From assembly GCA_048885865.1 (NCBI GenBank), contig JBHLLF010000007.1, forward strand, positions 1 through 57,098: a DNA stretch of 57,098 bases, given 5' to 3'. Numbering within the stretch: position 1 is the first letter of the stretch; each line of letters opens with the position of its first letter. The notes beneath the pieces were generated by a model. It did no database searches. It saw only the letters and a program-made list of their open reading frames with translations, and was not told the DNA's origin. The position numbers and the translations under genes are program-made. The DNA is from Candidatus Hermodarchaeota archaeon. GTDB taxonomy: Archaea > Asgardarchaeota > Thorarchaeia > Thorarchaeales > Thorarchaeaceae. Shown here piece by piece: positions 1-9,113 of the stretch.

Positions 1-582
1 GACAGGAAGGCACTCAGAGTAGGACTGGTGTGGCTCGATGCCCATGGAGACATAAACACTCCCGAAACGAGCCTAAGTGGGCTCCTTGCGGGCATGCCTG
101 TAGCAGTCGCAACAGGTATGTGCCTTGAACGGCTACGATTGAAATGCGGTTTGGAGGAAGCTCTGCCGACAGATCACGTAACCATGTTCGGTGTCAGGGA
201 CACAGACCCCCTCGAGCAGGAAATCATTGACGGAAATGAGATTACACAGATTTCAGTGAACGAAATCAAAGAAGGCGCCCCAGTCATTGAAAAAGAGATG
301 ACTCGCCTTGACGGACTGACAGACCTCATCTATGTTCACCTAGACCTGGATGTCCTTGACCCAAGAGAGGTGCCTGGTCATGGACTGACTGCCGAAGGTG
401 GCCCCGCAAGCCGAGAGCTAGGTTCCGTACTTGAAGTGATCTTCAGGAGTTCGAGAGCAAGGGGCTTAGGCATTGCTGGATACCCCGTTGGAAAAGATTC
501 CAACAGAATCACAATGAAAGCAATTCATCATCTTGTTGAGGCTGCAATCAATGGGCTAAAGCATCAATCAGTTCTTCGTTGA
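1..582 (+). CDS. Arginase/ureohydrolase-family protein, 5'-truncated by window edge
   Basis: Mn-binding motifs WLDAHGDINTP and HLDLDVLDP, plus GVRD; frame is open from base 1. Confidence 0.9.
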   Translation, partial: DRKALRVGLVWLDAHGDINTPETSLSGLLAGMPVAVATGMCLERLRLKCGLEEALPTDHVTMFGVRDTDPLEQEIIDGNEITQISVNEIKEGAPVIEKEMTRLDGLTDLIYVHLDLDVLDPREVPGHGLTAEGGPASRELGSVLEVIFRSSRARGLGIAGYPVGKDSNRITMKAIHHLVEAAINGLKHQSVLR

Positions 583-633
583 TAGCGCAGAATTCAAAAT
601 ACCACATTGCACAGCTCACTTCTTCTCGGTTTC

Positions 634-652
634 TTTGAGGAATATCCTCAAA
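634..652. promoter_or_regulatory. Perfect inverted repeat, possible operator or hairpin upstream of the S66 gene
   Basis: TTTGAGGA-ATA-TCCTCAAA, about 35 bp before the start codon. Confidence 0.4.
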
Positions 653-686
653 TCAAAGGAGTTGAATCGCCTACCTGAGTTGATTC

Positions 687-1661
687 GTGATGGACATCAT
701 CAAGTCTCCCAGACTCAATGAAGGCGACCTAGTAGGAGTGTTCTCTCCATCGTGGCCCGTGATGCCTGATGTAAGACCGCAGTTCGACAAGGGAATCGAA
801 TCACTCCAGGCGATGGGGCTTCATGTGAAAGTGGCAGAACACACTCTAGGACAGTTCCATTACAGTGCTGGAACTCGAGCGGAGAGGCTGGCGGACCTAC
901 ATTCACTATGGCGTGATCCTGAAGTAAGGATGGTCCTGATGACTCAAGGAGGGAGCACTGCAATCCAATTGTTGGATGGAATTGACTACGAATTGCTTCG
1001 GGATGACCCCAAGATACTGGCAGGCATATCAGATGGGACAACTTTGCTGAATGCGGTCTATGCAAGGACCGGCTTGGTCACATACCATGGTCCTGACCTC
1101 CTCTGGACCTTTGGCCGCGAGATGACATCTCAGATACAGGAGAACATAATCAGTACATTCTTCCATGGAAGTGTTGGGGAGCTAAAGCCGAATGAGAACT
1201 GGAGACATCAAAAGAAGCCCGAGGTGCAACACTCAGGATGGAAATGCCTGCGCGAGGGAAAGGCAAGTGGACGATTGATAGGCGGCCACATACGAGTCCT
1301 TGCCAACACAATACTCGCCGGGTACGGTCCAGATTTTGACGGGGCAATCCTTTTCCTTGAGGGGACAGACGATGTAGCTCTCACTGACAGAGTCATCAAT
1401 GCGCTGCGCCTGCATGGCGTCTATGACAGAATCGCAGGACTGGTGTTGGGATGGTTTGAAGATAGCGAGCTCGAGGAGAAGGAACTGAGCCGCCCTATAA
1501 GCGAGGTCTTTCTGGAGAGTACTGAGAATTATGACTTTCCCATCTTGGAAATCGCAGAGTTGGGGCATAATGTGGAGAATTATGTGCTCCCAATCGGTTG
1601 TCGTGCCACTGTTAACGCTACTATGAAGCGGATTCGGATTGATGAGTCTACAGTCAGATGA
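687..1661 (+). CDS. S66-family LD-carboxypeptidase / MccF-like serine peptidase
   Basis: N-terminal L-x-x-GD-x-VGVFSPS, AGT-x2-ERL-x-DL, nucleophile GISD, Glu in LFLEG, His in LGH, LPIG. Confidence 0.9.
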   Translation: MMDIIKSPRLNEGDLVGVFSPSWPVMPDVRPQFDKGIESLQAMGLHVKVAEHTLGQFHYSAGTRAERLADLHSLWRDPEVRMVLMTQGGSTAIQLLDGIDYELLRDDPKILAGISDGTTLLNAVYARTGLVTYHGPDLLWTFGREMTSQIQENIISTFFHGSVGELKPNENWRHQKKPEVQHSGWKCLREGKASGRLIGGHIRVLANTILAGYGPDFDGAILFLEGTDDVALTDRVINALRLHGVYDRIAGLVLGWFEDSELEEKELSRPISEVFLESTENYDFPILEIAELGHNVENYVLPIGCRATVNATMKRIRIDESTVR

Positions 1662-1676
1662 GGCACTTCTCATCGT

Positions 1677-1928
1677 TCAAAATGCCCGAATCTGACCCGA
1701 TTCGATAACGTCTATGGGAACCCCTTCTATCTCCCTTGGGATGAGCTCATGTGCTTTTAGATCTTCAATTGGTTTCTTCCGTACAACATAGCAGATGATG
1801 CAGAGCTCATCGGTCTTCTGACCATCAACGTATCTATAGCCGATGGCCAAGGCTACTACACCAGACTTCCCCATCAGCTCTGCTTCATATGCTGCCTTGA
1901 CCCGCTTCACTTCTTCCATTGTTACCAT
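1677..1928 (-). CDS. Stand-alone homolog of the N-terminal (pro/regulatory) domain of the upstream protease
   Basis: Ungapped alignment to the first ~80 aa of 1938..2951 gives about 32/77 identities (AYEA, IGY, DLK, IPREIE, DV-x-E-x-G-x2-RA); begins 9 bp after the protease stop. Confidence 0.85.
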   Translation of the reverse strand: MVTMEEVKRVKAAYEAELMGKSGVVALAIGYRYVDGQKTDELCIICYVVRKKPIEDLKAHELIPREIEGVPIDVIESGQIRAF

Positions 1929-1937
1929 TGAGCAACC

Positions 1938-2951
1938 TCACTCTGTGACCAATTCGGCATCAAGCTGATCCAGATAGGTCTGTATTGGATTTGCAATTGT
2001 GATGTTCTGCACGTCACTGCCTGCGAAGAGCTTCCCCACAGCATACCCCTCTTCATCGAGGATTAGACTTCCAGAATCACCACCTGTACTGAAGCCCTCT
2101 TTGCTTATGATTATCTGGTCACTGAAATACGCGAATCTTCCACCATAACCAACGGGACCTACCGTAGCATCTATACCAGTCACCACTCCATCAACTGTAT
2201 GACACGATGTTCTCCCTGACTTCTGAACGAGCATGTCTAGCTGAGCCTCCTTGACGCCCTTTGGGACTCCAATGTCCACGATGTTTGGTGAAACATCATT
2301 CTCAGCCACTTCAATTAGGGCTCCATCTACTTGATTGTATAGGGGTTGTGCGACAATTGGACTCAGCCTAGTCATTCTTCCGAACGCTCTCGCAGGAACA
2401 TTATAGATTCCACTCCAGAATCTGGCGGCTGGGCAATCACTCTGGTCAGGGGTGAAGCCAATTGGAACGAACCTCAAGAGATGCCCTATTGTGTCGTCTT
2501 GAACTTTGCCCCCGTCGTATGGAGCTGGCTGGAGATAGGGGTCTCCAATCTGCGCATCATTGGAGTTTGCTCCAACGTGATTGTTGGTGCCTATGCAGAT
2601 TTTTCCGGTGCTCTTGTCCCTAAGTAGCTCTCCGTTCGTGCCAGCAGTCACCAAATAGTGTCCTCCTGACGTTCCCATTGGACAGGGTCTATGTCGGGCC
2701 TTCTTGTCTATCTGCAGTGCCCTGAGTTTCCCGACCTCAAGCACATCAGTCATTTCATTTTCAATCTCACGGGGTATGATGTCCCGCGTCTTCAAGTCCG
2801 GCTCTTTGATCTTCTTCTCCACTAACAATACAATACTCAACTTGCGTGTATTGTCACCTGCTGTGAATTTGTATCCAATCATCACTCCAACGACATTGGC
2901 TATCCTCAACAGTCGCGCTTCATACGCCTTCCTTACTTCTTGTATTCTCAT
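1938..2951 (-). CDS. Trypsin-like (NAL1-like) serine protease with N-terminal accessory domain
   Basis: Triad motifs TNNHV, VDGAL and GGDSGS; KSGRT; KLFAG; no signal peptide; likely start MRIQEV at 2951. Confidence 0.88.
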   Translation of the reverse strand: MRIQEVRKAYEARLLRIANVVGVMIGYKFTAGDNTRKLSIVLLVEKKIKEPDLKTRDIIPREIENEMTDVLEVGKLRALQIDKKARHRPCPMGTSGGHYLVTAGTNGELLRDKSTGKICIGTNNHVGANSNDAQIGDPYLQPAPYDGGKVQDDTIGHLLRFVPIGFTPDQSDCPAARFWSGIYNVPARAFGRMTRLSPIVAQPLYNQVDGALIEVAENDVSPNIVDIGVPKGVKEAQLDMLVQKSGRTSCHTVDGVVTGIDATVGPVGYGGRFAYFSDQIIISKEGFSTGGDSGSLILDEEGYAVGKLFAGSDVQNITIANPIQTYLDQLDAELVTE

Positions 2952-3274
2952 CCTGCTCAACAACCTATGCGGAATCTCATCTCACATTCCTAACAGGCAT
3001 CAGGTCTGAAGTCTACGGTCCCACTGTGAGAATAGAGCAACTTCTACTTGAGTCTTTTCAAGAATGGCTGGGTGAAGCAGACTCGCTAATGGATTATTGA
3101 TCCAATCAAAAAGAGATCTCAAGTGGTCCGAGATCTCATGAAAAGACAAGTGCCACGGCACAATGGCATTGCGACACTCTTCTTTTCAGAGGTCTAGACC
3201 TGTTCCTCAAGCTATGTCCCAATCGCTCAAGAAACATTGTTTCCGATTGCTCGGAGTGGGAGATAGAAAATACT

Positions 3275-3580
3275 TCATGTATGGGACATGTGTTTCATTT
3301 TTTCAGGACTTCTTTTTGCAGAAGATGCAGCCCTTTCGCCCTTCGATTCCATCTCATATGTGATCCAGCTATCAATCGAGGAGTCATGGCCTCTTGATTT
3401 GAGCTGGGAGTGCACAAAATCCCGTATTGCCACGGTTTCCAAAATCTTGTCTGAACGATCGGACAACGAACGTGCGATACTCCGCGCATCCTCATAGGGA
3501 GCGCCGGATTTCACAATGCTGACAACCACTTTCTCTGGCATGAATGCCTCAAGTGTGTCATCGCGTTTTCTTACCTGCAT
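3275..3580 (-). CDS. Stand-alone ATP-cone domain protein
   Basis: MQVRKRDDTLEAFMPEKVVVSIVKSG...IRDFVHSQL matches the ATP-cone consensus VxKRDG...F...KI. Confidence 0.8.
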   Translation of the reverse strand: MQVRKRDDTLEAFMPEKVVVSIVKSGAPYEDARSIARSLSDRSDKILETVAIRDFVHSQLKSRGHDSSIDSWITYEMESKGERAASSAKRSPEKMKHMSHT

Positions 3581-3907
3581 TAGATATTCCTTCTTTACTG
3601 GAATGCGCCTGCATTCCATATAATATTCATTTGAATAGTTTAATAAACTCTGTGATGCCCGCAAAATGAGAATTAGAGAGATTGTGGAGAATGTAGCACC
3701 CTAGAACCAACCTCAGTAGTGAAAAGAAATGAAAACGAATAGCCTTGCATCACGGTCGCGGACTGTCCCTTAATGAGCGCCCGCCGCAATTTGCTTATAC
3801 GTCTTATGATTGATGGATTCATGTGGGCAACCGTTCAGCTCGTCCAATGCGTCTATTTACAGAGATCATGATTTCTTGGTTGGCCCCCCTGTGGTCGACT
3901 AATCACA

Positions 3908-6088
3908 CTACATTCTGTCTACCTTATAGTATCTGAGTTCAGGTGCTACGACAGAGTACGGATACCAAGTAGTCAGACCCACCAGAATCTCGTTTTGCAA
4001 GTCGCCGTCGATATCTCCTATTTGTAGAGCTGCTATGGTCATGTCAGGATCAGTCACCAAGTTCTCAGTCCATGTATCAGATACTGCATCATACTCAAAG
4101 TACCGAATTGACATATTGCAAAGACCGGCGCCATCATCGAAGAGCCCTATTACAAGCTCGTTATCACCATTATCGTTGTGGTCAATGTCTGCAATATCTA
4201 GAGCTGTGGGAAATCCAAGTGCTTCACTTAGATAGTAACTAAGTGTTTCCTCCCAAACACCCGAAACATAGTCGTAGACTTTCAAATAGGTCTCCCGCTC
4301 AGGATATCGATACTGAGCTAGGACAATCTCTGCCTGGCCGTCGTTGTCAACATCCCCGGTAGTCATGCACCTACTGGGATCGACATTCAGGATATCATGT
4401 TCTATCCAGGTGCCATCAAGCTCAAAGTACTTCAAAGCAGACTCTTCGACCTGGGCAATATCGCCCCGCCTGAAACAGACAATCTCATCGTGACCATCAT
4501 GGTCGATATCTGCGACCTCAAATTGTGTGTAGTCATATTCGAAATTCCTTAGACCAACCTCCGTCCAAGAATCAGTCAACGAATTGTAGTCGAAGTATTT
4601 GAGATCATATCCGTCGCACGGGCTCTTGCAAGCAACAACCTCATTCTCTGGATCATCGTCAATGTTTCCAACTACTACAGTATACATGACCTCAAACAGA
4701 TTTGCAATTGGGTGGTATGTCCATTCCTCCAAACCCCCATCATTGTTGTGATATCCAAGCCAGAATTCTCCATTGGGAAGGATTTCAAGGGTCAAGAGCT
4801 CATCGTAGCCATCACTATCCACATCCTCAACTTGTACCCATCCCTGAACTGTAAGGTCAGGAATGACTTCTTCGGTCCAGACGCCATCATTGTACTCGTA
4901 GTACTTTACGAACCATGACTCATCTGTTTGATAAGTGAAATAGACATCAGTATCGCCATCAAAGTCTATATCGCCAATTCTCAGGTTATCAGCGCCAACG
5001 GGAATCTCAAAAGGGCTTTCACCAATGAAATACTCAAAGGCAGGCTCAAAGACAATGCAGGCAAAGTCAACATAAAGTGAAGAGATTTGGGGCGATTTGC
5101 CTTCGGGCCCTCTATCATTGTCAATAATTCGCAAGAGGATTGTAGGAGAACTGTCGTCTGGAACATCTACAAAGTACGACTTATCGGTACCAATGTTCGT
5201 GATTGCTGCAATCGTCTTCCACGAGCCAGATGACAATGCCTGAACATAGAAGGCGGTGTCTTGGTCATCCCATTCCAGAAAGCCAGAATCCAGATATTCA
5301 CCGGAGAGTTCTATGTGGCCGACTAATTTGAATGCCGTGTCGGTTCTTGGGACAAGGTCATCAAACTCGTAGATCCAGTTCAAATCAGCTGTATCATCGG
5401 TAGGATTCTTTGTTCCATGAGAATTGGGCTGCTCCATGAGGACTTCATACACCTCATCTACAAAGTATGTATTCACAAAGGTACCGGAAGAAGTGCCAAA
5501 GGGATTCTCTGGATCTTTATACTCGTCGTCAATGGTTTCACAATCAGTTGGAGGGTCAGGCGGCGGTTCAGGGGGAGGACCCAGTAGAGTCACAGTCCTG
5601 GAGCTCGATTCACCATCCTTGGACGTCGCGCCCTGACTGAATAGCCTTATCTCATATGTGGTGGGAGTGCCAGTCAGTGTCCAAATGACATCGTACGGCT
5701 CGTCTTTTGCCAGTATGGCGTCTTGATGTTCATCTCCACTGACGATTTGTATATTGGCGTCACCGACAAAGTTGAAGTCTGTCGAGCCCTCCCCGATTGC
5801 ATACTGGACAAATGTCTGCACAAGACCAGCATCACCTCTCCTTGCTGTAACAGTTCCTCTCACCTCAAAGGTCCCACAAGCCTCGCTGACCTCATCATAG
5901 GGGACTTCGAGTCCATCATCCGGATTCGATATTGTCACGTCAAGCACTGTCTTGGCCGGCTTTCCGGCCAGCACAAAACAGGTGCTAAGTGAGAACATCA
6001 TCACCAAAAGAAATCCAATTAGAATCCTCTTCTTCAACCTCTGACATCTCCCTCTAGCGGTTTGGCTGATTCTTGAAGGGGGCCTCAC
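3908..6088 (-). CDS. Secreted protein: Ig-like domain, Pro-rich linker, beta-sandwich, C-terminal 7-bladed FG-GAP/VCBS beta-propeller
   Basis: N-terminal hydrophobic signal; GPPPEPPPDPP linker; seven DxDxDG-like loops (DIDFDGDTD, DVDSDGYDE, NIDDDPENE, DIDHDGHDE, DVDNDGQAE, DIDHNDNGDNE, DIDGDLQNE). Confidence 0.8.
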   Translation of the reverse strand: MRPPSRISQTARGRCQRLKKRILIGFLLVMMFSLSTCFVLAGKPAKTVLDVTISNPDDGLEVPYDEVSEACGTFEVRGTVTARRGDAGLVQTFVQYAIGEGSTDFNFVGDANIQIVSGDEHQDAILAKDEPYDVIWTLTGTPTTYEIRLFSQGATSKDGESSSRTVTLLGPPPEPPPDPPTDCETIDDEYKDPENPFGTSSGTFVNTYFVDEVYEVLMEQPNSHGTKNPTDDTADLNWIYEFDDLVPRTDTAFKLVGHIELSGEYLDSGFLEWDDQDTAFYVQALSSGSWKTIAAITNIGTDKSYFVDVPDDSSPTILLRIIDNDRGPEGKSPQISSLYVDFACIVFEPAFEYFIGESPFEIPVGADNLRIGDIDFDGDTDVYFTYQTDESWFVKYYEYNDGVWTEEVIPDLTVQGWVQVEDVDSDGYDELLTLEILPNGEFWLGYHNNDGGLEEWTYHPIANLFEVMYTVVVGNIDDDPENEVVACKSPCDGYDLKYFDYNSLTDSWTEVGLRNFEYDYTQFEVADIDHDGHDEIVCFRRGDIAQVEESALKYFELDGTWIEHDILNVDPSRCMTTGDVDNDGQAEIVLAQYRYPERETYLKVYDYVSGVWEETLSYYLSEALGFPTALDIADIDHNDNGDNELVIGLFDDGAGLCNMSIRYFEYDAVSDTWTENLVTDPDMTIAALQIGDIDGDLQNEILVGLTTWYPYSVVAPELRYYKVDRM

Positions 6089-6193
6089 CCCCTCTATACG
6101 ACCATAGTACTAGATTTGGTCAATGATAAGGATTTTTTGCGGTTGGAAAGATCTCGACTGCCATAACTAAGTCGGCTTAAGACTGGGAGCTAT

Positions 6194-6772
6194 CTAGGAG
6201 CTGATTTGATAGACTGTAACGTTCATGCCAAAAGGACCTGAGAACAGCCAGACGCCATCATGAATCCACCGAAGCAGTCCCTCAGAATCCACAATCACAA
6301 TCATTGGGAGTACTATCATTCCACACCACGTTGATGCCTCCAAGTCTATGTCAATACCGCAGGACCACATCAAGCCTTGGTCCGAAGCATACTCTCCTAA
6401 ATCCAATAGTGTTTCATTCATGTTCACTGTTAGTGAGAGGATATTAACTGTGTCACCGTACTCTTGATAGAGTGATTTGGTGTAGCCATTTTGAGTCTCA
6501 CAGGGCGCACAAGAGATAGCCATGAAGTCAAGGACTGCCACTTTACCTCTAAGTTCGTACATTGTCAATGTGTAATTGCCCACCATTTCAAAGCTCCAAT
6601 CTGGCACATACAAGCCGCGTTCTAGGAGGTCGTGGTCAGTCCAGTCATACGGCTCGGTGGTTGTAGTCAAACTAGTTCCCAAAGGCAAAATGCCAGCCAG
6701 AGTAAGACCAATGACTGCAAAGGCCAAGACCACGATTACTCCTATGGCTGCAATCGCTTTTCTCAAGTTCAC
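6194..6772 (-). CDS. Membrane-anchored TlpA/ResA-like thioredoxin-fold protein
   Basis: N-terminal TM; LRGKVAVLDFMAISCAPC (CxxC); cis-Pro LPMIVIVDSEG. Confidence 0.85.
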   Translation of the reverse strand: MNLRKAIAAIGVIVVLAFAVIGLTLAGILPLGTSLTTTTEPYDWTDHDLLERGLYVPDWSFEMVGNYTLTMYELRGKVAVLDFMAISCAPCETQNGYTKSLYQEYGDTVNILSLTVNMNETLLDLGEYASDQGLMWSCGIDIDLEASTWCGMIVLPMIVIVDSEGLLRWIHDGVWLFSGPFGMNVTVYQISS

Positions 6773-7632
6773 TAAGAATCATCCTCAGAGGGAATCATTT
6801 CTTCAATATCTCTTGACCTGGCCAGGGCTTCTTCTTCTAATGGCTCAATCGAGTCTATTTCCCTTCCTGCAATTGGACGAGTTGGCAAGTAGAGATTTGC
6901 CCTTGATATAGCGACTGCGAGCAGAATCGTGGCAATGGTTCCAACAATTGCCTCAAGAATTCCTTCAAGTGGATAGATTAGAATGACCCCACTATAGATG
7001 AACGAAACCAATTCGACAGGCACAGGGAACAAAAGATATGCTAGCACATCTGAGGCAACAATATGATTAGCCATCACAGAAATGAAGACAAGGAGGAACA
7101 TTGCTATTGCTGCCTGTGGATAGCTTGTTCCCTCCGATATATCCAGACCTTCCGTGAGATGGTTCTTGAGTTGAGGAACCATGTAAAGCAATGACAAGAA
7201 AAGCGCAATGATATGCAACCAGAGAAAGCTGAGAGATGCCAGGCCAATCCGTGTGAATAGGAACAACCCAATGGCAACAATGAACACAAGAGGAACCACG
7301 CGATGCCTGCCTTTCTTAATCAATCCAGCCACAAAGGCACTGGTTGTGGGCGGGATTGCCATTATGAGGGCTCCAAGGATTCCTAAAGACATAAACAAGG
7401 TAGCAGTCGACGGATCTATGATTGCTCCCGCGAATGTGCCAAGAAACACTGAAACAGCCGCATAGAAAGGACCCAAGAGATAGCCAATTACGGGAGCTGA
7501 TATGAGATTTATGGAGAAATGGATTCCAGTCCCGGCAATTGGGATGTTAGCGGGAAAAAGCGTTGTCACCATTTGGATAGCCGCAAAAGCAAATGTCAGC
7601 GCCCACCATGCCTTCTTCAAAGACCTGGCCAT
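6772..7632 (-). CDS. ECF-transporter S-component-like multi-pass membrane protein
   Basis: Multiple TM helices; APVIGYLLGPFYAAVSVFLG motif typical of archaeal S components. Confidence 0.65.
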   Translation of the reverse strand: MARSLKKAWWALTFAFAAIQMVTTLFPANIPIAGTGIHFSINLISAPVIGYLLGPFYAAVSVFLGTFAGAIIDPSTATLFMSLGILGALIMAIPPTTSAFVAGLIKKGRHRVVPLVFIVAIGLFLFTRIGLASLSFLWLHIIALFLSLLYMVPQLKNHLTEGLDISEGTSYPQAAIAMFLLVFISVMANHIVASDVLAYLLFPVPVELVSFIYSGVILIYPLEGILEAIVGTIATILLAVAISRANLYLPTRPIAGREIDSIEPLEEEALARSRDIEEMIPSEDDS

Positions 7633-8924
7633 TTATCTCTCCTCCTTAAGACGAATACTCCTACAAAGAAAGCAAAACCAATGCCGACTGCACCAGCGAT
7701 TAGGTTATTAGCTGAGATTATTGGTTGGTCAGCCACTCGCATTATCCAACCATCGCCTGCAGTTGAACCCGCCACTACAAAGCCGCCCTCACTGGACTCT
7801 ATTATTGCCCAAAGCCAGCATCCGGAATCACGGGAGTAGAAGTTGTCCCATATGTAGTAACCGCCGTCATCAATTCGTAAAAGCCAACTACCCTCCTCGA
7901 GACCTGCATAACCTGTACCCACAATGGCGTAGCCTCCGTTGCTGCATCGAACCATGGAATCTGCCCAACCAATTGCAGAAGATCTGTGCCAACTTGCATA
8001 GGAAAGGTATTCGTGCTCTGAAATCACATTGCCATCTGCATCAGTATGAATCATCCAGGGTCCCGTGACAGATGCGTCTGCAGCAATGATGAAGCCGGAA
8101 TCAGTTTCCAGGAGGCAAGACCCGCTCTGACGACCAGTTCCGCCATATGTCTGATACCATAGAAGGTCCCCTGAAGAGTCAGTACGAACAAGCAGGACTT
8201 CAGTTTCTGACCCGTAGCTATACGTGACTCCAATCATAGCAAATCCTCCATCGTCACACAGAACAAGACCATCCCTGCGGGCGAGGTCTGCTTCGGTTCC
8301 GCCATAGGTATAATTCCAGAGTGTGTTGCCATCGGAGTCTGTCCGAACAAGGTAGAAGTCATCGTTGCCTATCCCTCCAGGCCTCTCTGTAGATCCAAAG
8401 AGGGCGAATCCACCATCTGAGCATTGGACTATATCGTAGAATTCGCCTTGACCGTAGGTCTTGTTCCATAATTGATTCCCATCGGAATCGGTGCGCAATA
8501 GATTCAACTCATAATGAGTTGCCACGCTCACAAATCCATATCCTGTAATCGCAAAACCGCCATCAGCACATTCTAGAAGTGATTGCCCCACCAATTGCTC
8601 TGGATTTGCCTTATGTCTGAATGTTTGGTTCCATAACATGTTTCCTTCAGAGTCAAGTCTGACAAGCCAAATCTTGCATTCCCAACCTGAGATGCAACCC
8701 GTGTGTCCCGTTAAGGCGTAGCCACCTGTACTCACCTCAATCAGGTCATAACACACATCCCCATGGGGCCCTCCAAAGCTTCGCTCCCAGATGACGCCGG
8801 GAGTTTCTTGAGCTGACATACTCCTCAAAGAATATTGTCGGGCTGAAACAATTGGAATTGAAACGACCAGCGCGATTAATGAGAAAATTAGTCCACGATA
8901 TACGATGCGACACCTTCTACTCAG
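7617..8924 (-). CDS. Cell-surface beta-propeller protein with C-terminal TM anchor (paralog B)
   Basis: Repeats of (C)SDGGFAL-x-G...WLVRTDSDGN-x-LWN-x-TYG; signal peptide; TM + RRR tail. Start uncertain: ORF track gives 9062; a CTG at 8924 follows GGAGGGAG. Confidence 0.8.
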   Translation of the reverse strand: MSRRCRIVYRGLIFSLIALVVSIPIVSARQYSLRSMSAQETPGVIWERSFGGPHGDVCYDLIEVSTGGYALTGHTGCISGWECKIWLVRLDSEGNMLWNQTFRHKANPEQLVGQSLLECADGGFAITGYGFVSVATHYELNLLRTDSDGNQLWNKTYGQGEFYDIVQCSDGGFALFGSTERPGGIGNDDFYLVRTDSDGNTLWNYTYGGTEADLARRDGLVLCDDGGFAMIGVTYSYGSETEVLLVRTDSSGDLLWYQTYGGTGRQSGSCLLETDSGFIIAADASVTGPWMIHTDADGNVISEHEYLSYASWHRSSAIGWADSMVRCSNGGYAIVGTGYAGLEEGSWLLRIDDGGYYIWDNFYSRDSGCWLWAIIESSEGGFVVAGSTAGDGWIMRVADQPIISANNLIAGAVGIGFAFFVGVFVLRRRDKWPGL

Positions 8925-9113
8925 TACAATCTCCCTCCAGCAAGCATACCATGCCAGAGAGATGTCTGCTGATGATAAGTATTTCTTGCGGGCGGATAGG
9001 ACATTATTGCCATAATTCAGCCCGAAAAACAGCTCAACAGATGTCAATCCTATGGAGTTCACTTCAAATCATCGTATGTAGGAATTCTTGGTGTTATGGT
9101 TTGAAGATCCATT

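Noticed and set aside
3665-3907. GC-rich patch in the spacer considered as a tRNA or other ncRNA
   Set aside because: No cloverleaf, T-loop (GTTCRA) or convincing C/D boxes recognised
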